Below, one piece after another: positions 38,253 to 46,200 of a stretch of DNA of 64,000 nucleotides. Below the pieces are notes generated by a model. It worked only from the letters and a program-made list of their open reading frames with translations. It was not told where the DNA came from and searched no databases. Positions within the stretch are counted from its first letter, which is position 1, and every line of letters begins with the position of its first letter. A program made the position numbers and the translations under genes. Location: NCBI GenBank assembly GCA_001189195.1, contig LFCQ01000003.1, positions 141,645 to 205,644 on the forward strand. The letters are read 5' to 3'. Source of the DNA: Parcubacteria bacterium C7867-007. Its GTDB lineage: Bacteria > Patescibacteriota > Minisyncoccia > Phycocordibacterales > Phycocordibacteraceae.

Positions 38253-38852
38253 ATGGATAGAGTCGATGATCTTGCCCGTGCATTTGAGCGATTCCCTGGC
38301 ATTGGTCCACGCCAGGCAAAGCGCTTTGTATATCATCTCCTTTCCACTAACGTGAACGATCGCAGTCGCCTTGCAGACCTTATCGCACGCATTGGCGAAA
38401 GCGTTGCGCAGTGCCGTGAGTGTATGCGGTACTGGAGTGGTTCTGGTGAGCTTTGCATATACTGTGCAGATCGTTCACGAGATGACTCAATGTTAATGGT
38501 GGTTGAAAAGGATCAGGACCTTGCTGCTATTGAGCGCACCGGCGCATATCGTGGTCGCTATTTTGTACTAGGTGGTGTTCTTACCCTTTCTGGTAAGGGC
38601 GCTATTCGTGAGGCTGAACTTATTCAGCGTGTGGAGCGACGAACCCATGAGGGACTGCAGGAGATCATCCTTGCTCTTTCAGCTACGAGTGAGGGTGAAC
38701 ATACCGGAGATCATTTGCGTGAACGTCTCTCACCACTGCGTGAGCACGTGAAGTTAACGGTACTGGGTCGTGGACTCTCAACAGGTTCTGAACTTGAATA
38801 CGCAGACTCCCCCACTCTTTCAAGTGCATTGCAGAATCGGAAGGAGACGTAA
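38253..38852 (+). CDS. recR: recombination protein RecR
   Basis: FERFPGIGPRQAKRF HhH, C4 zinc finger (CRECMRYWSGSGELCIYC), and Toprim domain. Confidence 0.85.
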   Translation: MDRVDDLARAFERFPGIGPRQAKRFVYHLLSTNVNDRSRLADLIARIGESVAQCRECMRYWSGSGELCIYCADRSRDDSMLMVVEKDQDLAAIERTGAYRGRYFVLGGVLTLSGKGAIREAELIQRVERRTHEGLQEIILALSATSEGEHTGDHLRERLSPLREHVKLTVLGRGLSTGSELEYADSPTLSSALQNRKET

Positions 38853-39749
38853 TTAGGAAAACTGTTCTCGTGTTTGATTAACAATCTCAAGCCGCACTGG
38901 GTCATTCTTCAGTTCCCCTACGTCAATATTCTGTTTCTCCGCACGAACGTTCTGTATTGCATCGTACGCTTGTTTATACGCCTGAGCAGTCTCAAGCTGG
39001 CCAAGTCGTACCGCGTATTGATGCATCTTAGTTAGCTGGAACCCTATCTGATCAACAATGAGACGTTGTACAGGATGAATGCCAAGTGCTTTATTGTTAT
39101 TAGCCATCCATAGTCCTGCAACCTCCTCTACAACTGGTTGCCCGACACCTACCACCGTACGTGCAACATGCAATCGAGGACTCTTATCGGTTGAATCCTG
39201 GTTTCTAAAGTATTGAATAGACCCCAGATCTCCTCGTTCTATTTCATTACGAATTGCAGCAATCTTTTTTGCAATATCACTTGTGCCAAAGGTCACATCC
39301 ACGGCAAGTGCGAGTACCTGCGAATCTTGCTCAGGAAGATTCCATTCAACAACCATATCTACTTTGTTTACGAAATCATCATACGGAGCAGTGCGCAGTG
39401 TACTCGCATTACTTCCAAGCCATTCACTCATCTCAGACTGCATAAGCACTATCGCTTCAAAGGTATCTGCAATCTTCTTCGAATTAATCTCTGGTATAGA
39501 ACGTTCACTAGCGAATTTACGTTTGAGACGATCACCCAGTGCGATGTCGCTTTGCACGCGTCCCACACCATATTCTTTTATAAAATCCTTCTCTTGAATT
39601 CCATAGTCTGGGTTAGAAAGCACTTCAGACTCTGCGCGTGCGTAGGCACTCTCCATGAGCGGTGAAAGTTCAACTCGTCGTTCACGTTTGTGATCAATCG
39701 AACGTATGAGCGATTGCTCAGGGTTATACATGTAATTAGTATAGTGCAT
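38853..39749 (-). CDS. hypothetical protein (ORFan, 298 aa)
   Basis: Long ORF with plausible composition and no recognisable motif. Terminated by a perfect 15-bp-stem hairpin region shared with rplU. Confidence 0.45.
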   Translation of the reverse strand: MHYTNYMYNPEQSLIRSIDHKRERRVELSPLMESAYARAESEVLSNPDYGIQEKDFIKEYGVGRVQSDIALGDRLKRKFASERSIPEINSKKIADTFEAIVLMQSEMSEWLGSNASTLRTAPYDDFVNKVDMVVEWNLPEQDSQVLALAVDVTFGTSDIAKKIAAIRNEIERGDLGSIQYFRNQDSTDKSPRLHVARTVVGVGQPVVEEVAGLWMANNNKALGIHPVQRLIVDQIGFQLTKMHQYAVRLGQLETAQAYKQAYDAIQNVRAEKQNIDVGELKNDPVRLEIVNQTREQFS

Positions 39750-39750
39750 A

Positions 39751-39785
39751 AAGAAAGAAGCCCGCGAGGTGCGGGCTTCTTTCTT
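39751..39785 (-). terminator. terminator hairpin downstream of rplU
   Basis: Perfect 15-bp stem aagaaagaagcccgc/gcgggcttctttctt with a 5-nt loop. Confidence 0.7.
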
Positions 39786-40112
39786 TTATCCGATCGAATC
39801 GATCTTAACTTTCACGTGAGGCTGGCGGTGACCGCGGCGCTTGAGGTATCGGCTCTTTGCCTTGTACTTCACCACGTCAATCTTCTTTGCGCGTCCAACT
39901 ACTGAAACGGTACCGGTTACGGTAGCGCCCTTTACGAGAGGTGCACCAACATTGGTGGTCTTGCCATCATCGGTAAGGAGAACCTGGTCGAAGACAATAG
40001 AATCACCCTTCTTGGTGTCTACGGGACCACGAGCAAGCTTCTCAATGGTAATGACGGCGCCTGGAGCGACGACATACTGCTTCCCTCCGGTCTTGATAAC
40101 AGCGTACTGCAT
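39786..40112 (-). CDS. rplU: 50S ribosomal protein L21
   Basis: MQYAVIKTGGKQYVV is the canonical L21 start. Confidence 0.9.
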   Translation of the reverse strand: MQYAVIKTGGKQYVVAPGAVITIEKLARGPVDTKKGDSIVFDQVLLTDDGKTTNVGAPLVKGATVTGTVSVVGRAKKIDVVKYKAKSRYLKRRGHRQPHVKVKIDSIG

Positions 40113-40136
40113 ATAAAGGCCATACTAGGCTATTTC

Positions 40137-40172
40137 CCATAAAAAGCAAGGCCGCCCGGGATCCGGGCGGCC
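40137..40172 (-). terminator. GC-rich palindromic hairpin (ggccgcccgg-gat-ccgggcggcc) with a T tract on the minus strand, upstream of rplU
   Basis: 10-bp perfect GC stem. Minus-strand downstream sequence ttgctttttat. Could be a terminator or attenuator between rmuC and rplU. Confidence 0.5.
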
Positions 40173-40182
40173 AGGTGGGCGC

Positions 40183-40377
40183 CTATGCAAGTTTGCACGC
40201 ATGAACCCTGTAGCAGAAGCTTGGCTGCACCTCAATGACAGCCCGTTCTGAGCTCTTGTATGGGTGGATTCCTGTCTTGCTAAGCAGGAATATGAGGCCT
40301 ACAAGGCCCATTAGAATCAGTAGGGCGATGAGCAGCGGGTCGAAACGGTATTTACGGGGATCTTGCATAATGAGCAC
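40183..40377 (-). CDS. possible small membrane protein (64 aa)
   Basis: GGAG-like RBS 8 nt upstream. One TM helix LLIALLILMGLVGLIFLL. Low confidence. Confidence 0.3.
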   Translation of the reverse strand: MLIMQDPRKYRFDPLLIALLILMGLVGLIFLLSKTGIHPYKSSERAVIEVQPSFCYRVHACKLA

Positions 40378-40446
40378 TCCGACTCAAAAGCGTGGCGAAC
40401 CACGAATACTCCCTCCACAATAACTGTATACCCCTTTGGGTTATGT

Positions 40447-41511
40447 TCAATCGTCCTCACTGCCTGGCTTATCAAGCAACAGGGGGTCTAGACCAATCTT
40501 TGCACCATCGATACGGAATACGTCTTTCTCAATCTTTCCGAGCTCCTTAGTACCACTATTATAGTGACTTACGGCGGTACCGAGTGCATTCCCAAGTTTC
40601 TTATAGTATTCCTCGTATGAGCCGATGTGTTTTCCAAGCTCCCCCACTCGCTTCTGAATCTCAACAGCTTTCTGCTCAATCTCAAGTGCTTTAAGTCCCT
40701 GCATCACCGTCTGGAGGTATGCGAGGAATGAAGTTGGAGAAACAATGATCACTTTGTATTTAGATGCGGCACGTTGAATCAGGTTCTCGTCTTCTCCTGC
40801 ACCCACTTGGTTCGTGAGGAGATCGTAGTAGATACCTTCTGAAGGAATGAACATGAAAGCGAAGTCCATGGTGTCTTCGTCTGGACGAATGTACTTTGCG
40901 GTTTCCGTTATGCGCAGCTTAAGATCGTTCACAAAAGCCTTTTCAGCATTTGCTCGCTCAACACTTCCCACCGGAGTTCCTACGAAGCGATTGTAGTTAT
41001 CGAGGGAGAACTTTGAGTCCACGGGCACTAACTTCTTATTGATCACGATTACCGCATCAACAACTTCTCCATTCTTGAATGGGTACTGGATTCTGTAGTC
41101 TTCCGGAGACATAACATTCTTAAGAACCGTCTCAAGATAATACTCACCGAGAATACCGCGCTGCTTTGGGTTCTTGAGAAGGTCTTGGAGGGACTGCAAT
41201 TGTTCAGCATAGGTTTGTGTCTGTCGTCCAATCTCCTTCACTGAGGTGAGTTCTTCTGTGATCTCACGAATAAGTCGCATGGACTGATTCCCTTGCTCTC
41301 GCATGGTTTCGTGTACCTGTTTAGAGGATTCGTTCATACGAGCATCGAGCGCACGTTCCAACTTTTCAATCTGTCCCTGCATCATCATGAAGCCAGTACC
41401 CTCATCCTTAGGGAGACGATTCTTTTCGTTCTGACGCATGATGAGCCAGAGACCAATACCTTGTATGAAAACGAGTGCCAGCACGATAAGTCCGATTGAA
41501 AGTGGATCCAT
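40447..41511 (-). CDS. rmuC: DNA recombination protein RmuC
   Basis: N-terminal TM, long coiled coil, and a C-terminal RmuC domain pattern. Confidence 0.8.
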   Translation of the reverse strand: MDPLSIGLIVLALVFIQGIGLWLIMRQNEKNRLPKDEGTGFMMMQGQIEKLERALDARMNESSKQVHETMREQGNQSMRLIREITEELTSVKEIGRQTQTYAEQLQSLQDLLKNPKQRGILGEYYLETVLKNVMSPEDYRIQYPFKNGEVVDAVIVINKKLVPVDSKFSLDNYNRFVGTPVGSVERANAEKAFVNDLKLRITETAKYIRPDEDTMDFAFMFIPSEGIYYDLLTNQVGAGEDENLIQRAASKYKVIIVSPTSFLAYLQTVMQGLKALEIEQKAVEIQKRVGELGKHIGSYEEYYKKLGNALGTAVSHYNSGTKELGKIEKDVFRIDGAKIGLDPLLLDKPGSEDD

Positions 41512-41575
41512 AGAGAGATTATACGATGCTGCCCCACCGCTGCGCTATCGAACAGGCACGTGATACACTCTCCCC

Positions 41576-42031
41576 ATGACCCTCCACGAAACACTTAAGA
41601 AAGGCATCCCGGACGCACTTCGCGCCAAGGATGAAGTACGCCTTCGCACTCTCCGTTCTGTTGTTACCCTTATGACCAACGAAGTGGTGGCAAAGAAGCG
41701 TAAGCCAGATGAATTCCTCACGGACGAGGAAGCACTCGCGGTACTTAAACGTGCCGCAAATCAGCGCAAGGATTCTATTGAGCAATTCACCGCAGGTGGA
41801 CGTCCTGAACTTGCAGAACCTGAGATCGTTGAGCTTGAGGTTATCAACTCTTTCCTCCCCACTCTTATGTCTCGTGAAGAGATTGAACCCATTGTTAAAG
41901 CAAAGATTGCTGAGCTTGGTGTAACCGATAAATCAGGTGCCGGAAAACTCACAGGTTCACTAATGCAGGAACTCAAGGGAAAAGCAGACGGTGGCGATGT
42001 GAAGGCGGTTGTGGACGCACTCCTTTCATAA
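41576..42031 (+). CDS. GatB/YqeY domain protein
   Basis: 151 aa. LKKGIPDALRAKDEVRLRTLRSV...LSREEIEPIV matches the YqeY family pattern. Confidence 0.75.
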   Translation: MTLHETLKKGIPDALRAKDEVRLRTLRSVVTLMTNEVVAKKRKPDEFLTDEEALAVLKRAANQRKDSIEQFTAGGRPELAEPEIVELEVINSFLPTLMSREEIEPIVKAKIAELGVTDKSGAGKLTGSLMQELKGKADGGDVKAVVDALLS

Positions 42032-42035
42032 TCCT

Positions 42036-42063
42036 TTGACTTTTAGTGCGTCGGCACTATTAT
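42036..42063 (+). promoter_or_regulatory. sigma70-like promoter (TTGACT-16-TATTAT)
   Basis: Near-consensus -35 and -10 with 16-nt spacing, immediately downstream of the yqeY stop. Confidence 0.45.
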
Positions 42064-42095
42064 ACCGACAGTACCCACGGCGACGGAGAATTCCG

Positions 42096-42479
42096 GTGAC
42101 CAGGTTCGTTCCCTACAGTGAAGTTACCCGCGAAGAAATTCGTACGGGCATTAAGCACGCAAGCTCGAAGCATCATCTGATGTTCAGTCTTGAAGAAGAC
42201 AAGGCACGGAGAATTGCCAACCGAGCGGGCAGAAATATGCACGAGAGGAACTGGAAACGCGATCGGGCGATACCAGAAGCTGTTCAAAGCGTGCTTGCTC
42301 CCGACTCGCGCAGCGGGATCTATGCTAAGGCGTACAATTCTGTCGTTTCGAAGATCTTCAGCGACCGAAGCGCCAAGGCTCGCAAACACGCAGCTTTGCT
42401 TCGCCGCCAAGCGAGTGCACCGTATCGGCCTCCAGTGCAACTGAGCTTCCGCTTTGTACTGGACAAGCCTCTTCGGTGA
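42096..42479 (+). CDS. small basic (Arg/Lys-rich) hypothetical protein; start uncertain (GTG at 42096 with GGAG RBS, or ATG at 42180)
   Basis: Self-contained unit with promoter, RBS, ORF and terminator hairpin (ggccgc...gcggcc followed by tttctcg at 42483-42510). GC-richer than its neighbours. Confidence 0.35.
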   Translation: MTRFVPYSEVTREEIRTGIKHASSKHHLMFSLEEDKARRIANRAGRNMHERNWKRDRAIPEAVQSVLAPDSRSGIYAKAYNSVVSKIFSDRSAKARKHAALLRRQASAPYRPPVQLSFRFVLDKPLR

Positions 42480-42533
42480 GAATTGATGGCCGCTGTCTTT
42501 GGACGGCGGCCTTTCTCGTACTACAGTAGGGGG

Positions 42534-43343
42534 ATGAAGAAGTACGTAGTACTACACAAAAGAATAGGTCAGACACCTCTCGAGACCATTCAAGAGTGGC
42601 AGGAGAGGAATCCTAAATACTCTGATATACCTGCCACCTACGCAGGACGTCTTGATCCTATGGCTAGTGGTGTATTGCTCGTGCTACTTGGAGAGGAGTG
42701 CAAGAAGAAAGATAAGTATCTTGGGTTAGACAAAGAGTATGAGATTGAAATACTTCTAGACCTTTCAAGTGACACAGGTGATGTGCTTGGTATTATTTCA
42801 GATACAGAGACATGCAGTACTCCATCTCTTAATGAAGTGCAGAAGGCATGCAAAAAGGAAGTTGGTTCTCAAACACTCCCCTACCCTGCCTTCTCTTCTA
42901 AAACAGTTGATGGTGTTCCACTATTCCTCCACTCACTTCGGGGAACGCTAAGTAGTATTGAGATCCCAACGCACACTGAAACATTTCATTCAATTAAAGT
43001 TAGCTCTTTAGCAAACATTACGAGCGAACAACTACAGAAGCGTGTTACCGAAATGCTTGCGGTAGTTCCTCATTCAGACGAACCTACGAAAGAGCTAGGG
43101 GCTGATTTCCGTATACATGCTGTTCGGAACTCATGGACTACCGTCCTCCTTCAACCTGAACGAACCTTCACTCTTATTCGTCTACGGGTTACTTGTGGTT
43201 CTGGTGCGTATATGCGTACTCTTGCAGAACGCATCGGTGTCTCTCTTGGTACTACAGCACTCGCACTGTCTATTCATCGAACCCGTATGGGTACCCGTAC
43301 CTCCTTTGGTCCCCTATCTGTTTGGACAAAGCTGTATTCCTAA
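42534..43343 (+). CDS. truB: tRNA pseudouridine(55) synthase TruB-like
   Basis: Catalytic Asp motif AGRLDPMASGVLLVLLGE. Confidence 0.82.
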   Translation: MKKYVVLHKRIGQTPLETIQEWQERNPKYSDIPATYAGRLDPMASGVLLVLLGEECKKKDKYLGLDKEYEIEILLDLSSDTGDVLGIISDTETCSTPSLNEVQKACKKEVGSQTLPYPAFSSKTVDGVPLFLHSLRGTLSSIEIPTHTETFHSIKVSSLANITSEQLQKRVTEMLAVVPHSDEPTKELGADFRIHAVRNSWTTVLLQPERTFTLIRLRVTCGSGAYMRTLAERIGVSLGTTALALSIHRTRMGTRTSFGPLSVWTKLYS

Positions 43344-43345
43344 CA

Positions 43346-43375
43346 TTGACATTTATTAAATACAGGGTGTATAAT
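43346..43375 (+). promoter_or_regulatory. consensus sigma70 promoter (TTGACA-18-TATAAT)
   Basis: Exact consensus hexamers, directly after the truB stop and 22 nt upstream of the RBS of the small gene. Confidence 0.6.
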
Positions 43376-43397
43376 ACTTGCAGGTTAGGAGCACGCT

Positions 43398-43595
43398 ATG
43401 GATATGAAGGAGCTACAAGAGATTGTCTCTCGCGCCTTCAGCGGGAGCGTCTCATCAGACGACCCGATCACCAAAGCCATCGCGGTAGTGGTGATCATAG
43501 TTATTTTCGTGTGGGCAGGGACTTCGTCCCACACCCGCGTTAAGAAGCAGCGTGAACACGCAAAACGCGGGTATTATGACTTTCGCAGGAAGTAA
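43398..43595 (+). CDS. small single-TM protein (65 aa)
   Basis: AGGAG 7 nt upstream of ATG. Hydrophobic core AIAVVVIIVIFVWAG and a basic C-terminus. Followed by a terminator. Confidence 0.55.
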   Translation: MDMKELQEIVSRAFSGSVSSDDPITKAIAVVVIIVIFVWAGTSSHTRVKKQREHAKRGYYDFRRK

Positions 43596-43601
43596 CTGCT
43601 G

Positions 43602-43640
43602 CCCCCAGACAACTGTCTGGGGGTTATCGTTTCCCTTTGA
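43602..43640 (+). terminator. rho-independent terminator
   Basis: 10-bp stem cccccagaca/tgtctggggg followed by a T-rich tract. Confidence 0.7.
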
Positions 43641-43703
43641 CCGTTTATACAAATAATTGTATATTCACAGCGGACGTTTTTCACAACTTGAGGGGTATCA
43701 CCC

Positions 43704-45578
43704 ATGAAACTCATCGCAATCTTAGTGATACTCTTCTCCCTGTTCAATGTGGAGGTGAGCTACGCGAAGGACAAGCCGATCGGTGGCCTCTGTGGAGGTT
43801 CGTTTGTTGGCTCCAACACCTGCGTATGGAATGAAGACACTCACGAGTGGACCGAAACGTACGTGGGCTGGGACAACTGGGAATGGCAAGCTATCTCCGA
43901 TCAGCCTGAACGAGCGGACACCATCCGCCGGATGCATCTTCCCCGGCAGGTGCCGGTCGAGAAGAAATACTCGGTCAGCCTGAACACGGAAGCGTGCCTG
44001 AAGCCGGAGTATCAGCTCCTGCTTAGCGCTGCGGTTCTGCTACCTTCGAATCGAAAACCAATCACGGCTTCGCGTCGTGTGGTGATCATAAACGTTGAAG
44101 GTGGAGATTGGCCTGAAGAATCTCGCATCTGGCCGCACCTCGGTATCAACTACGTGGGCACAGTCGCGAAGCAAGAAGGATACGAGGTTGTTCTGTACGA
44201 TGAACTCATTCAAGGGCGCAAGCCACTGAAGGAGATTGTTCGTCCGGGAGACATCGTTGGCCTGAGCCTTGTGACCACCGGCATCGAGCGCGGCGTTATC
44301 GTCGCACAAGAAGCCAAGGTGCTCGGCGCCTGCTATGTGATCGCTGGAAATGACTCCGCAATGTTCCGTGCCAGACAGCTCCTTGAGCTACCTGGTCGGC
44401 CCATTGATGCCGTCTTCACCAGCAACAGTGTCGTCACCATCCGGGAGTTCTTCCGGAATGCCGACGCAGTGATCGCAGATTCAATGCAGATCGAACAAGT
44501 GGCAACAGCGCCTGAACAGGTACCATACGTTTCCAACGAGCATGACGGAGTTGCGCTCGAACGGAAAGCATACACCGCAGAAGACTTCTTCTTGGTCCCT
44601 GATCTCTCGCTCTTCAGCGACGAGTACTGGGAACTCGTTCGCGCTGCGTATCGTTCGCAGTTCGGACACAAGCACCAAGACTCTGCTAACGTTCACAATG
44701 CCATCGCACTTCTCGCGCAAGGCTGTGGACGAGCAGGTATGGGAGACATCTGTGACTACTGCACCATCCGCCACGTGGCGAATGTGGTTCAACCCTCGCC
44801 TGGGTATCTTGAGGAAACTCTCGCTACATACCGGGCACACGGCGTGAACACGTTCTTCAATGTGACAGACTCGGCCTTTGAGATGGGAGTGCTCGCAAAA
44901 CAGCTCGAAGAAGCTGGTCCTGTGGATACACTCATCATCTACGGTCGGGCGCAGGCTATCGCGCAGCGTCCTGATCTTCTTGAACGCTGGAAGAGTTGTG
45001 TGAGCGAACGACTGCTCATCAACTGCGGTATGGACTCAGGAGATGAACGTATCCTGCAAACCGGCATTCACAAGTCCGGAAGCAAGGTTGGGTCTCGTCT
45101 CCAGGAAAACTATAGGACTCTCGCTAATATTAAGGCGGCGGGACCTAAGGTTCATCTGCATTTCTCGGTGATCTTCGGTTCTCCCGGAGAGACCCATGAG
45201 TCGTGCGAAGCCACACTGCAGTTTGTACAGCATGCTATCGACACACTGGGTGAACAACTCGATGTCGTTGAGGGCGATGTCTTCTGGGTTAACTTCGGAG
45301 CACCGTGCAGCGAAATCTTCACGAACTACGAAGCGACACAGAAGCGTGCTGCACTTGCTGGGAAAACTATCTCCCAGGATGAGTGGCAACAGTGCTTTGG
45401 TCGTCACGCAGACGAACTTGTCGTGCCGGAGGAGTCCCAACAAGCTTGGTATGCCTTCTTCACGAACATCACCATCGAAGATGCGTGGGCATACAACGCT
45501 CAAGTTCGTGAGATGCTGACGCAAGTTCCTGGACATATCACGGGCCGTGAATATGCGTTCAGACCACCAACGGTGTGA
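43704..45578 (+). CDS. B12-binding-domain radical SAM-like protein (class B family) with an N-terminal signal-peptide-like segment and an atypical Cys motif
   Basis: GAGGGG RBS. N-terminus MKLIAILVILFSLFNVEVSYA. B12-binding-like Rossmann segment VVIINVEGGDWPEESRIWPHLGINYVGTVAKQEGYEVVLYD. Cys triad AQGCGRAGMGDICDYC (CX9CX2C rather than CX3CX2C). Class-B radical SAM downstream motifs INCGMDSGDERILQTGIHKSGS and AAGPKVHLHFSVIFGSPGETHESCEATLQF. GC about 55%. Confidence 0.6.
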   Translation: MKLIAILVILFSLFNVEVSYAKDKPIGGLCGGSFVGSNTCVWNEDTHEWTETYVGWDNWEWQAISDQPERADTIRRMHLPRQVPVEKKYSVSLNTEACLKPEYQLLLSAAVLLPSNRKPITASRRVVIINVEGGDWPEESRIWPHLGINYVGTVAKQEGYEVVLYDELIQGRKPLKEIVRPGDIVGLSLVTTGIERGVIVAQEAKVLGACYVIAGNDSAMFRARQLLELPGRPIDAVFTSNSVVTIREFFRNADAVIADSMQIEQVATAPEQVPYVSNEHDGVALERKAYTAEDFFLVPDLSLFSDEYWELVRAAYRSQFGHKHQDSANVHNAIALLAQGCGRAGMGDICDYCTIRHVANVVQPSPGYLEETLATYRAHGVNTFFNVTDSAFEMGVLAKQLEEAGPVDTLIIYGRAQAIAQRPDLLERWKSCVSERLLINCGMDSGDERILQTGIHKSGSKVGSRLQENYRTLANIKAAGPKVHLHFSVIFGSPGETHESCEATLQFVQHAIDTLGEQLDVVEGDVFWVNFGAPCSEIFTNYEATQKRAALAGKTISQDEWQQCFGRHADELVVPEESQQAWYAFFTNITIEDAWAYNAQVREMLTQVPGHITGREYAFRPPTV

Positions 45579-45598
45579 GTGAATATAGATAACTGACC

Positions 45599-45630
45599 CC
45601 GCGTCTTTATGGCGTGGGGTTCTTTGTATA
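45599..45630 (+). terminator. rho-independent terminator after the radical SAM gene
   Basis: ccccgcg-(9 nt)-cgtgggg followed by ttctttgta. Confidence 0.55.
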
Positions 45631-45680
45631 AAAGATGAGATTCAAATGCAAAAGCCGCCTTTCGGCGGTATTTGCTCGTG

Positions 45681-45752
45681 TGACCCTACGGGGAATCGAA
45701 CCCCGATTTCCTGCGTGAGAGGCGGGCGTCCTAACCGTTAGACGATAGGGCC
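45681..45752 (-). tRNA. tRNA-Glu (anticodon CTC), CCA not encoded
   Basis: Reverse complement GGCCCTATCGTCTAACGGTTAGGACGCCCGCCTCTCACGCAGGAAATCGGGGTTCGATTCCCCGTAGGGTCA. The acceptor pairs 7/7 (one G-U). tRNA-Glu-type D-arm. Anticodon loop CUCUCAC (U33, CUC, A37) with one C-A mismatch in the anticodon stem. T-arm CGGGG-UUCGAUU-CCCCG. A hairpin gccgcc-tttc-ggcggt followed by a T tract lies downstream on the minus strand. Confidence 0.75.
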
Positions 45753-45832
45753 ATGCAATTGGTTATACCAGAGAAGTGAGTACAAGAAAAGTGACGCACC
45801 ATTCAGGCGCGCCACATTCTTCACTACTTAGC

Positions 45833-46138
45833 TTAGCGTTGGTACCGCCGCATTCGGCAAGGCGATACCTGTCCTTCGAAATCTCTCAGGATCATGTACC
45901 CCGAGGGAAGGATCTCGAGGATCTCATACCCAGTACCGGGCGCATTGAGAAACACCGCTGATCCCCCAACCCTAAACCCCTGTACTTCGATGGCGGCCAA
46001 GCGTGCATCACGCAATGAGCCAACCTTTGGTCCAGAAGGTTTTCGAAGCTGCTCATCCACCGTGCGGAAAGTGAGAGAAGTTACCATCTCTCGAAACTGC
46101 CCTCTACCGTTAGTCTTGTACATCTTTGCGAACCCCAT
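45833..46138 (-). CDS. hypothetical protein adjacent to tRNA-Glu
   Basis: GGAGAG RBS before the second ATG. About 101 aa with no recognised family. Confidence 0.35.
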   Translation of the reverse strand: MGFAKMYKTNGRGQFREMVTSLTFRTVDEQLRKPSGPKVGSLRDARLAAIEVQGFRVGGSAVFLNAPGTGYEILEILPSGYMILRDFEGQVSPCRMRRYQR

Positions 46139-46200
46139 TACGTTTCTCTCCAACTAACCTACCGGGCACTATACTCCCCTTTCAGTATTTGTATAGCAAC

